A stretch of 64,000 nucleotides of DNA from assembly GCA_965365285.1 (NCBI GenBank), contig CBDUBC010000003.1:3461-67460 (forward strand), read 5' to 3'. This DNA is from an uncultured bacterium. Its GTDB lineage: Bacteria > Bdellovibrionota > Bacteriovoracia > Bacteriovoracales > Bacteriovoracaceae. The translations under genes and the position numbers were made by a program. Below, piece after piece: positions 45,855 to 54,341 of this stretch (positions are counted from its first letter, which is position 1; each line of letters opens with the position of its first letter). The notes beneath the pieces are model-generated. The model was not told the origin of the DNA. It did not search any database and saw nothing but the letters and a program-made list of their open reading frames with translations.

Positions 45855-47992
45855 ATTTTTTTAAGACGAAGACTGTTTAAAACAACCGAAATACTACTCA
45901 ACCCCATTGCAAGGGATGCCAGAGATGGAGGAAAAAGATTCTTGGTTAGGAGATAATAAACTCCAGCAGCAAGAGGAATACAGAGACTATTATAAACAAA
46001 TGAAAGAAAAAGATTTTCTTTAATTACTTTCAGAGTTTTATTTGAAATCTTCATAAACATAAGAGCATGTCTTAGATCACCAGCTAAAAGAGTAACATCA
46101 CTACTTGCTTTAGCGAGATCTGTTCCTGCACCCATGGCAAGTGATAGATTTGCCATGGAAAGAGCTGGAGCATCGTTAATTCCATCTCCTAGCATGGCCA
46201 CTTTTTTACCATGTTTTTGAAGCTCTTCAATTTTCTTTGCTTTATCAAGCGGGAGACACTCGCCTAAAAAGTTTTTGATACCAAGATCATGAGAGACCTT
46301 TTGAACGGCCTCCTTTTTATCACCAGAAACAAGCCAAATGTCCATTCCCTGATCTCGTAATTCCTGAATAACTTCAGGCACTCCTGGCTTAACTTGATCT
46401 TCTAAAAGCAATCTTCCCACATAGACTTGGTTTTTTGCGACTAGAATTTCAGTGGTGTCGCTTTCTGGAACCAAAGAGAGGTCAATATCTTTTTCTTCAA
46501 AAAATCTTCTATTGCCGATGACAAAAGCATCTCCTGAATACTCTCCTTCAAGTCCTCTTCCACCACTTATTTTAAAAGTGACAGGGTCTTTAGGAGAGAG
46601 GTTTTGTTTTTTCCCATACTCCACAACTGATCGAGCAAGAGGGTGTTCAGAGAGGTTTTCTAGAGATATAACGGCCTCTAAAGTTTGTAAGTCCAAATCA
46701 GAGTGAGTGACCTGAGGCTTACCCTCTGTGAGTGTTCCTGTTTTATCAAAAAGAATCGTATCAACATTGACTCCTTTTTCAATAACGTCTCCTCCAGCAA
46801 TAAGAATACCCTTTAAGGAGGCGTTTCCTGTTGCCACAAGAATAGCCGTAGGCGTTGCTAATCCTAAAGCACAAGGACAAGCAATAACTAGGACGGCAAT
46901 CATATTGCTGATAGCATTTCCCCATATTGGCTGAGGACCAAAAAAGAACCAGAGGATAAAAGTCAAAACTGAAACAAGAATAACGACAGGAACAAAGATT
47001 GAGCTAATTTTATCAGCAAGCTTTTGAATAGGCGGCTTTTTACCTTGTGCATTTTCTACATATTCAATCATTTTATGCAAAAAGGTATTCTTCCCAACTT
47101 TCATGGCACGCATATCAAAGGAGCCTTCACCATTAAGTGTCCCAGCAAGGACTTTACTTCCCTTACTTTTAGAAACTGGTATGGACTCTCCTGAAATCAT
47201 GGATTCATCGATAGAACTATTTCCCGAAACAATTTTCCCATCAACTAGAATTTTTTCTCCAGGCTTAACTCGAATAATATCACCAACCATAAGATCTTTA
47301 AGATCAATAGTTTGCTCCTCACCATTTTTTATGACAAGCGCTTTACCCGCCTCAAGATTTAAAAGCTCTTCCATAGCATCATTGGCCTTCTTCTTTGCCA
47401 GTCGCTCAAAAAACTTGCCAAGATAAACAAAGGAAACAATAAAACCTACAGCTTCAAAATAGACCTTTGCCGTGAGACCTAAGTTTTCTGAAAACTCGGG
47501 GAAAAAGGTAATGACGGTACTATAGAAAAAAGCAGCGCTAGTCCCAAGCCCAATCAAGGTGTTCATATTGGAATGACCACTTTTAAAAAAAGTAAGCATG
47601 GATCTTTGGAAGTCGATTCCCACCCAAAAATAAATAGGTAGAGTGAGAAAGAATTGAATAATAAAATTTATCTTTAGGTCTGGCCACCCCATGAGAGGTC
47701 CCATCGCAAAGAGGAAAATAACAATCGCCAAAGAAAAGGAAATGATAAATCTAAGAAGATCACCTGAATCCGCAGTGCTTGATTTATCTAGAGAGGCTTT
47801 GTAACCAAGCTCTTTAATTTTAGAAAAAATAGCTTCTTGATTTAGATTTTCCTTAAATTCAAAATAAGCTGTTTCGGAGGCAAAATTCACATGAGAAACT
47901 TCAACACCTTCAATCCTTTTTACTCCCTTTTCTATTGAAAGAGCGCAAGCACTGCAGGTCATTCCTTCAAGGTGTACTTTAATTTTCTTCAT
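45851..47992 (-). CDS. copA: Copper-translocating P1B-type ATPase
   Basis: 713 aa with an N-terminal HMA domain (GMTCSAC), CPC, DKTGTLT, SEHPLA and GDGINDAP. Confidence 0.9.
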   Translation of the reverse strand: MKKIKVHLEGMTCSACALSIEKGVKRIEGVEVSHVNFASETAYFEFKENLNQEAIFSKIKELGYKASLDKSSTADSGDLLRFIISFSLAIVIFLFAMGPLMGWPDLKINFIIQFFLTLPIYFWVGIDFQRSMLTFFKSGHSNMNTLIGLGTSAAFFYSTVITFFPEFSENLGLTAKVYFEAVGFIVSFVYLGKFFERLAKKKANDAMEELLNLEAGKALVIKNGEEQTIDLKDLMVGDIIRVKPGEKILVDGKIVSGNSSIDESMISGESIPVSKSKGSKVLAGTLNGEGSFDMRAMKVGKNTFLHKMIEYVENAQGKKPPIQKLADKISSIFVPVVILVSVLTFILWFFFGPQPIWGNAISNMIAVLVIACPCALGLATPTAILVATGNASLKGILIAGGDVIEKGVNVDTILFDKTGTLTEGKPQVTHSDLDLQTLEAVISLENLSEHPLARSVVEYGKKQNLSPKDPVTFKISGGRGLEGEYSGDAFVIGNRRFFEEKDIDLSLVPESDTTEILVAKNQVYVGRLLLEDQVKPGVPEVIQELRDQGMDIWLVSGDKKEAVQKVSHDLGIKNFLGECLPLDKAKKIEELQKHGKKVAMLGDGINDAPALSMANLSLAMGAGTDLAKASSDVTLLAGDLRHALMFMKISNKTLKVIKENLFLSFVYNSLCIPLAAGVYYLLTKNLFPPSLASLAMGLSSISVVLNSLRLKKI

Positions 47993-48205
47993 TTACTCTT
48001 GTGTTACCTCTAAAACCTCATAGCCAAGATCTTCGACTTGTCCTTTAAGATCTTTTAAAGTGATCTCATCGGAATCATAGGAAACGGAAACGCTTTGATT
48101 CTCTAAACTTACTTGAGGGGAATACTCGCTAAGCCCTTGCTCAACTTTTTTAACGCAGTTACCACAACTCATTCCTTCAATTTTAAAAAGTACCTTTTTA
48201 ATCAT
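47993..48205 (-). CDS. copZ: Copper chaperone, heavy-metal-associated domain
   Basis: 70 aa with a GMSCGNC motif. Lies immediately upstream of copA with no gap. Confidence 0.85.
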   Translation of the reverse strand: MIKKVLFKIEGMSCGNCVKKVEQGLSEYSPQVSLENQSVSVSYDSDEITLKDLKGQVEDLGYEVLEVTQE

Positions 48206-48347
48206 CCCGTTCTCCTATCCCTGACCTATAGCTTAAACCAAAAAGATTGTCTAAAATATCTCTTAAAATCTCATCAGAAAAATTTTTCCAATTGAGACCC
48301 AGCCGCAATGGATTATTATATAAGTTCATGCTTATGGAAATTGTAAC

Positions 48348-49043
48348 TTGAAACTAGTATTAGCTCTATTTTTACCCTTTTTGCTCTCTTTTACTCAAGG
48401 AGAAAAAGAAGTCACCCTAGAAGATATACCTAATAATGAAAATTGGGCATATGTTGGTGAGACAGACGGAATCAAAACCTATAGGGCAAAGATTGAGAAT
48501 TCTAATCTTTTCGCCTTTCAAGGCATGGGTATTATTAATGCTTCCGCTGAAAATATTATGACGGCCCTTCGAGATGTGGAAGGAAGTGTTGAGTGGTCTC
48601 CTATGCTATCTGAGAAATTTACCTTAGAGGAAAAGTCTGATCTCCTTGCCTATACTTATCAAATGCATGATCTCCCCTGGCCTGTGAGTAATCGTCACTT
48701 GATCCTTAAGAATAAGCTTTGGTTATCTAAGAAAGATAAGGCGTTGATTGTTATCATGCATTCAGTCGACAGAAAATATCCTAAGGCCGACGGCATCGAA
48801 ATGCATATGGGATTTGGACTTGTGTTAATGCGTCCCATTAACAAGAATCAAGTTTATATGGAAGTGAAGATCCATCTTGACCCTATGGGAATCATTCCTG
48901 ATTGGCTTGTTAATATAATCCAAAAAGAGTGGCCGCATACTTTTTTAAAATCTCTTGAAAAAAGGGCAAATGAAATAAAACCTAATGTTCGTCCTGGAAT
49001 CATGACTCTTTACAACAAACTTCAAAAACTCTTATCCAAATGA
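48348..49043 (+). CDS. Secreted START-domain lipid-binding protein (second copy)
   Basis: 231 aa. Signal peptide, then WAYVGETDGIKTYRA, SVEWSP, LPWPVSNRHLIL and DPMGIIPDWLVNIIQKEWP. Same architecture as 32671..33291. TTG start. Confidence 0.7.
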   Translation: MKLVLALFLPFLLSFTQGEKEVTLEDIPNNENWAYVGETDGIKTYRAKIENSNLFAFQGMGIINASAENIMTALRDVEGSVEWSPMLSEKFTLEEKSDLLAYTYQMHDLPWPVSNRHLILKNKLWLSKKDKALIVIMHSVDRKYPKADGIEMHMGFGLVLMRPINKNQVYMEVKIHLDPMGIIPDWLVNIIQKEWPHTFLKSLEKRANEIKPNVRPGIMTLYNKLQKLLSK

Positions 49044-49070
49044 TAAACCCTTGGAAACAAGGAGATCACA

Positions 49071-49826
49071 TTGAAAGGTACTTATTTTCAAAAACCTCTC
49101 GAGTTCAATTTACTCGTCGAAGGTGAGCAGTGGAATCAAGGGGATGAACTAAGTGGTATTTTAAAAGTAAAAAACCATGGTGCCGAAGATATGGATCTTA
49201 CTAAAGTCGGTGTTCAACTTGGCTATGCCCAGGCTAAAAAAGTAAAAGAAAAAAATACAGATTGTTTTGATATCTCAGATACAAGCTATTTTGATGAGGG
49301 TCAAAAGCTCGCTGCTGGCTCAGAGGCCGAGCTTAATTGGAAATTTAATTTAGGGGATGATGCTCTCATTTCTGAAAAAAATGCTTCTCAATATGTTCTT
49401 TATGGAAATGAAGAAGGTATCTGGCAAGGAGGACAGCTTCAGCTCAATATTCTTCCCTCCCCAATACTTCAAAAATATCTTGAAATCTTTGAGACCTTTT
49501 TTCGATTTAAGGTCAAAGAACTGAAAAATAAAAAAGGCCTTATAGACGCTAAACTCCTTCCGCCAACGAGTAGAGATTTTGCCAATATAAAAGCACTCAA
49601 TATTCAAATGAAGTATGGTGAAACGCTTACTTTAAATTATCATTTTAAACTAAAAAAAATTGACTACCTTGAAAATGAAATGAAAATGAAAGAAGAGACG
49701 CAAAAATTAAAGTATGATCTAAATTCTAAAGAGTTTATGATGTACGGAAAAGAAGTCGATCAATCGAAGCTAGAATCTCATATTAAATCAGTTCTTGAAG
49801 AGGTTATGAAGAGTAAAAAGTTTTAG
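49071..49826 (+). CDS. Hypothetical protein, possibly Spo0M/arrestin-N-like beta-sandwich
   Basis: 251 aa. FNLLVEGEQWNQGDELSGILKVKNHGAEDMDLTKVGVQL resembles the arrestin-like Spo0M N-terminal pattern. Weak, memory-based call. TTG start. Confidence 0.4.
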   Translation: MKGTYFQKPLEFNLLVEGEQWNQGDELSGILKVKNHGAEDMDLTKVGVQLGYAQAKKVKEKNTDCFDISDTSYFDEGQKLAAGSEAELNWKFNLGDDALISEKNASQYVLYGNEEGIWQGGQLQLNILPSPILQKYLEIFETFFRFKVKELKNKKGLIDAKLLPPTSRDFANIKALNIQMKYGETLTLNYHFKLKKIDYLENEMKMKEETQKLKYDLNSKEFMMYGKEVDQSKLESHIKSVLEEVMKSKKF

Positions 49827-49832
49827 GAGGCA

Positions 49833-50195
49833 ATGATGGGACTAAAAGTTTATGAATATAAAGGTTGTGGTACCTGTAAAAAGGCCTTGAAGTTTCTTGA
49901 CCAAAATGAAATTGAGTATAAAAAAATAGCGGTCAGAGAGACTCCTCCAAGTGCAGGGGAAATAAAAAAAATGCTAAAGTATTTGGATGGAGACCTTAAA
50001 AAATTATTTAACACTAGTGGCCAAGATTATCGCGCTATGAATATGAAAGATAAAATCAAAGATTTAAGCTTAGACGCGGCCATTAAACTTCTCACGAAAA
50101 ATGGTAATCTCGTCAAAAGACCATTCATCCTAGATTCCAACTGGGGTGCCGTAGGCTTCAAAGAAGAACAATGGAAGGATCACTTTCTAAAGTAG
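49833..50195 (+). CDS. ArsC/Spx/MgsR-family protein (YffB-like)
   Basis: 120 aa with YEYKGCGTCKKALKFL at the N-terminus and LVKRPF near the C-terminus. Confidence 0.75.
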   Translation: MMGLKVYEYKGCGTCKKALKFLDQNEIEYKKIAVRETPPSAGEIKKMLKYLDGDLKKLFNTSGQDYRAMNMKDKIKDLSLDAAIKLLTKNGNLVKRPFILDSNWGAVGFKEEQWKDHFLK

Positions 50196-51281
50196 TCTAT
50201 CTTTTGGTGGTGCTTCGGCCTTAAATTGGTCGAAGAAGCCCTCAGCATAAATCTGCTCTTCTTTAGCACCCAGCTCAAGAACCTTCTTTTTACAGTCCTC
50301 AACAAACTCAGGGCCGCCAGCGATATAGATGCTGTACTCAGAAAGATTAGGGTACAGTTCAGGCAATAGATTTGGAATTCGTCCTTCTAAACCGCCCTCA
50401 TTACTTTCCTGGGTAAGGGTGTATTTGTAGTCGAAATTTCTAAACTTTGTTTTAAGATAAGTAAGCATTCCATTTTCGAGAAGATCATTCTTCGTTCTTG
50501 CTGAAAAAAGAATACTGGCGGGTTTCTTAAATCCTCCTCGAATAAGAGCTGCCGAAGCAAGCGAAAGGATAGGAGCAAGTCCACTACCTGCCGCTAAACA
50601 GAGAACAGGACCTTCTGTATTTGGGTTTCCGACAAAGGTACCATAAGGACCATTAATTTTAACTTGGTCGCCCTCTTTAAGTTTTTCATGAACCCAAGTA
50701 CTCGTGGCCCCCTCTTTTAAGAGAGTAATCAAGAGAACGATTTCACCTTCAGAGTTTGGAGTGTTCGCGATAGAGTAGCATCTTGATGGAATATTTTCTT
50801 CTTCATTTCCAAGAGTCACGTACTGACCAGGCCAAAACCGTAGAGGTTTTCCGACAGGACGAATCCGTAGTTTTACGATTCGATCCGTGGCCATTACTTT
50901 TTCAGAGACGACAGAAAGGACATTTTCTCTAGGTGGGAAAAGTTTTGGCATAGCATCTTCTGTTCCCCACTCGATCTCAAGAACGTCACTGGTAGGCTTT
51001 GCCATACACATAAGACCATAACCTTGCTCTCGATCACTTTGAGGAAGGGCCATATCCAAGATGAAGCCTTGATCAATTTGTCCTTCTTTAACCCTAATCT
51101 TACACTCTCCACAAGCACCAGCACGGCAGTTATTGGGAAGGGCAAGACCTCTCTTTTCAAGGGCCGAAAGAACAGTTTCTCCATCTTCACAAGGAAATTC
51201 TTTACCAGAAGGATAGAGTTTAATCGTCTTCATCTTTTGTTTCTCCAAGCAAAAAAAAAGCACGCCCGGAGGCGTGCTCAT
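50187..51281 (-). CDS. NAD(P)H:ferredoxin-type reductase, N-terminal 2Fe-2S ferredoxin plus FNR-like FAD/NAD domains
   Basis: CRAGACGECK cluster motif, RCYSIAN (RxYS FAD motif) and LAAGSGLAP (NAD motif). The likely start is ATG 51233 (MKTIKLYP), preceded by GGAGAA. Confidence 0.8.
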   Translation of the reverse strand: MSTPPGVLFFCLEKQKMKTIKLYPSGKEFPCEDGETVLSALEKRGLALPNNCRAGACGECKIRVKEGQIDQGFILDMALPQSDREQGYGLMCMAKPTSDVLEIEWGTEDAMPKLFPPRENVLSVVSEKVMATDRIVKLRIRPVGKPLRFWPGQYVTLGNEEENIPSRCYSIANTPNSEGEIVLLITLLKEGATSTWVHEKLKEGDQVKINGPYGTFVGNPNTEGPVLCLAAGSGLAPILSLASAALIRGGFKKPASILFSARTKNDLLENGMLTYLKTKFRNFDYKYTLTQESNEGGLEGRIPNLLPELYPNLSEYSIYIAGGPEFVEDCKKKVLELGAKEEQIYAEGFFDQFKAEAPPKDRLL

Positions 51282-51292
51282 TTAAAATAGAA

Positions 51293-52318
51293 TTAAAATA
51301 CAGGAATGATATCATCCATATCGACATCATTAATTTCCATACCAGTAATTCCAACTTCTGGAATGGCAGGGAAAGGAATGTCAAACTTGTCTAGAACGCC
51401 TTTTAGGTTAAGCATGGCATTTTTCCAGTTTTGTTTCTTGGTTTCATAATCTGGAATAAAGAATCCACTCTTTGAGGCAAAGTCTTGTATTTCTCTGTGA
51501 TTATCAATGAAGTCTGGGTTGAGATCCCAAAACTCTGGTGGTGGTTCAAAAAGAACACCGGATAGGAAGTAGTAACCAGCTTTGATTTGCTTAGTGATAA
51601 GAGTTCTATCTTCTACTTTTAATTTAGGATAATCCCTTTCCATGAGCGCCATACAGATGGCCATGTGTCTTCCCTCGTCTCGACCAATATTTCTAAAGGC
51701 TTCTTTAAAAACTGGTTCAGTTGCACCAGCGGCCATTTGGTGGAAGAGAGTTGAAGATGCAATTTCACCCATAAGGAATGAACTAAAAAGTACCGCAAGA
51801 GAATACTTCGGAACCGCTTTTTTATAACCGCTCCAATATCTTCCACCATTAAACCATAGCCATTCGGCATTTTTCTTTGCTTTTTTTCCAATTTCAGTTT
51901 TTGGCTCGTAAGACATTGGATCATCATGCTCAAGAAGGGCCTTAATAAACATTCCACAAACTTGCTCATGGTTTTGTTCATCTCTCATGACTGAGAAAAA
52001 GCATCTTCTTACAGGATCTTCTTCGTGGACTTCGTAACATTTAATTACTGCCTCCGCGAATACAGGTGGAGCGGATGCATCAAAAACGGCTAATAATTGC
52101 CACCAGTAAGCAATCGCTTCTCTCTCTTCCCAAGTATAGGAGCTAGGATCAAAGGTATCCCATGGTAGTTTTTTAGGATCCCAATATTCTTTTTGAGAAG
52201 AGTCCCAGATTTCCTCCATCTTTTGGGTTTGCGCTTTCCAATCAAGTGGAAATACATTGGGCTGTTCCAACTTGGGTGGACGCTCCATTTTGTGACCATA
52301 CTTTTCTTTTAATGACAT
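51293..52318 (-). CDS. Ferritin-like di-iron carboxylate protein, putative oxygenase/desaturase
   Basis: 341 aa. Has two ExxH motifs about 100 residues apart (RDEQNHEQ and RDEGRHMA), each preceded by a candidate Glu-bearing helix. Lies 11 nt upstream of the reductase gene. Confidence 0.6.
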   Translation of the reverse strand: MSLKEKYGHKMERPPKLEQPNVFPLDWKAQTQKMEEIWDSSQKEYWDPKKLPWDTFDPSSYTWEEREAIAYWWQLLAVFDASAPPVFAEAVIKCYEVHEEDPVRRCFFSVMRDEQNHEQVCGMFIKALLEHDDPMSYEPKTEIGKKAKKNAEWLWFNGGRYWSGYKKAVPKYSLAVLFSSFLMGEIASSTLFHQMAAGATEPVFKEAFRNIGRDEGRHMAICMALMERDYPKLKVEDRTLITKQIKAGYYFLSGVLFEPPPEFWDLNPDFIDNHREIQDFASKSGFFIPDYETKKQNWKNAMLNLKGVLDKFDIPFPAIPEVGITGMEINDVDMDDIIPVF

Positions 52319-52543
52319 GATATTTCTCCAATTCTTAAAATCATCTTGAAAGAATCTTGGTTTTAAATTGGGTCCTCGTCTATGACAAAGATCACCTTAA
52401 AATCGTCAAAAATTCTCTTTTTTCAATACCTTAATATAATCATAAATCCAAGCATTCTCCCAATGGACATGAGTTTTACAGGGTTTAGCATGAACAAAGT
52501 TTATTGAATTTCAAATATTTAGAATGCTGCGCCACGATATATG

Positions 52544-52552
52544 TGCTATAAT
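52544..52552 (+). promoter_or_regulatory. Extended -10 promoter element TGCTATAAT upstream of 52585
   Basis: TGTGCTATAAT lies at 52542..52552, 32 nt before the ATG, with an AAGGGGGA Shine-Dalgarno between. Identical 11-mer to 32169..32179. Confidence 0.35.
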
Positions 52553-52584
52553 CTCTAGTTATTAAAGATTCCAAAGGGGGAAAC

Positions 52585-52863
52585 ATGCCAACGAAAAGAA
52601 AAAGTACATCCAAAAAGAAGTCCTCACCAAAGGTTTCTAAGGTTAGAAAACTTGAGGCAAAGATGAACCAGGAACAAAGACAGGCCAAAAAGGCGACAGA
52701 AAAGCTGAACAAAATTCGAAAGGACCTTGCCAAGGCAGTCAAGGGTGAAATTAGAACCCTGAAGGCAAGCCCAAGCAAATCTAAAACTGTTCAACAAAAG
52801 ATTAAGAATTTAAACAAAATTCATAATCAGTGCAAAAAATCCTATAGCTTTAAAGCTGCCTAG
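52585..52863 (+). CDS. Small lysine-rich basic protein, histone H1/Hc1-like composition
   Basis: 92 aa, MPTKRKSTSKKKSSPKVSKVRKLEAK..., roughly a third Lys/Arg. Strong SD, plausible promoter and a downstream hairpin. Confidence 0.6.
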   Translation: MPTKRKSTSKKKSSPKVSKVRKLEAKMNQEQRQAKKATEKLNKIRKDLAKAVKGEIRTLKASPSKSKTVQQKIKNLNKIHNQCKKSYSFKAA

Positions 52864-52877
52864 GATTCAAATTTCAG

Positions 52878-52916
52878 ACGGGGATCGAGACCCACTCTTG
52901 ATCCCCGTTTGAATTT
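52878..52916. terminator. Bidirectional rho-independent terminator between convergent genes
   Basis: ACGGGGATC (52878..52886) pairs with GATCCCCGT (52900..52908). The stem is extendable by GAGA/TCTT and is flanked by A/T-rich runs on both sides. Confidence 0.55.
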
Positions 52917-52921
52917 AAGAA

Positions 52922-54265
52922 TTACTTCCCAATAAAACTTCCACCACAGACTCTAAGTACGCCTCCTGTTATTCCACATGCCCCTTCTGAAGAAAGAAAG
53001 GCAATAGCATTAGCGATGTCTTGAGGAATCCCTCCCTGAAAAAGATTAGAGAGTCTTCGTCCGGCCTGTCGACTAAATATTGGAATAGCAGCGGTTAATC
53101 TTGTTTCAATAAAACCTGGTGCAATCGCATTTACAGTGATTCCACGACTAGAAACCTCTTTACTTAACTGTCTAACATATCCAATAAGCCCAGCTTTAGA
53201 TGCAGAATAGTTAGTTTGACCAAAGTTTCCTGCAATCCCTGAAATAGAAGAAAGGCAGATCAAACGACCTTTATCTCTTAAGCAACCTTGAAGTAATTTT
53301 TCAGTGATATCCATAACAGCGTAGAGGTTGACGGAAAGGGCCTGATCCCAAAATTTTTCAGGCATGTTTCCTAAAGTTTTATCTCTGGTGATACCTGCGT
53401 TATGAACAACTATATCTACTCCATTGAAATGATCCATCAGATATTTATTGATTCGCTCCGGAGCTGCAGAGTCCGTAATATCCATTGTAAGCACTTTACA
53501 GCCAATCTCATGAGAGAGCTCTTCAAGTAACTCTTTATCGTGATCAAGATCGAGACAAACAAGTTGAGCGCCCTCCTGAGCGAGTGTAATGGCAGTTTCG
53601 CGCCCAATCCCTCTAGCTGCTCCCGTTACTAATGCTACTTTTCCTTCAAGGATCTTTTCCGTTTTATAAGTACACTCGCAGCTCGCAGAGTTATCAACCT
53701 TAATCACTTGTCCAGAAATAAAGGCAGCTTTATCACTCATCAAAAACTGAACCACCGCCGGAAGACGACCTTGCGCTTGCTCAGAAACTTGAACCAGTTG
53801 TGCTGTGGCCCCTTTTCGACCAATTTCTTTTGCCATGGATCGCGTAAACCCATCGAGCGCCTGCGCAAAAGTAGCTTCTTTTAGATTTGTTTTTTCGTGA
53901 GGTATTGGCCCAAACACAACGATTCGAGCATTGTCCGTAAGCGCTTTGATATTGTTATGAAAAAAATCGAAAACGACTTTAAGGTCTTTTTGTTCTTTAA
54001 GATTAGTCGCATCATAGAGAAGTGCGCTGACCTTTTCTCTTTCCCCTCTTGTTTCAACAACCGTAGCCGAGAGGTTTTGGACTGTTTTAGTTAGGCTTTG
54101 AAGGATGTTTCCCGTTCCAAAAATCATCACTTTTTTATCTTTTAAACAGTCAGATTTCCAACCTTGACTCTGTCTTTTAAGGTCTTTAGGAAGCGGAATT
54201 CCCATCTTTCCAAATGTTTTACTAAGAGGTGGATTCTTACTTAACTCAAGCCATAAATCACTCAT
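52922..54265 (-). CDS. High-molecular-weight two-domain SDR, FabG4-like 3-oxoacyl reductase
   Basis: 447 aa. The C-terminal half is a classical SDR (VALVTGAARGIG, NAG, YSASKAG). The N-terminal ~200 aa form a degenerate Rossmann-like domain, as in FabG4-type enzymes. Confidence 0.75.
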   Translation of the reverse strand: MSDLWLELSKNPPLSKTFGKMGIPLPKDLKRQSQGWKSDCLKDKKVMIFGTGNILQSLTKTVQNLSATVVETRGEREKVSALLYDATNLKEQKDLKVVFDFFHNNIKALTDNARIVVFGPIPHEKTNLKEATFAQALDGFTRSMAKEIGRKGATAQLVQVSEQAQGRLPAVVQFLMSDKAAFISGQVIKVDNSASCECTYKTEKILEGKVALVTGAARGIGRETAITLAQEGAQLVCLDLDHDKELLEELSHEIGCKVLTMDITDSAAPERINKYLMDHFNGVDIVVHNAGITRDKTLGNMPEKFWDQALSVNLYAVMDITEKLLQGCLRDKGRLICLSSISGIAGNFGQTNYSASKAGLIGYVRQLSKEVSSRGITVNAIAPGFIETRLTAAIPIFSRQAGRRLSNLFQGGIPQDIANAIAFLSSEGACGITGGVLRVCGGSFIGK

Positions 54266-54341
54266 ATCAAATTCCTTTTTTAAATGTACTTTTTAATGTT
54301 AAAGAAAGAGATACACATATGCCATAGTCAGGTGAATTTTT

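Noticed and set aside
51234-51281. N-terminal extensions given by the track for the reductase (51281), the repeat protein (39959), the peptidase (21376), NnrS (59256) and the HDAC (38831)
   Set aside because: In each case an internal ATG gives a better N-terminus (RBS, signal peptide or family-typical start). The extensions are probably artefacts of longest-ORF calling. Track coordinates are kept in the feature list, with the preferred start noted.
52485-52778. 97-aa minus-strand ORF antisense to the basic protein gene
   Set aside because: It lacks an SD and a promoter. The plus-strand ORF has an SD, a promoter element and a terminator, and the antisense product is a hydrophobic mirror of a Lys-rich gene.
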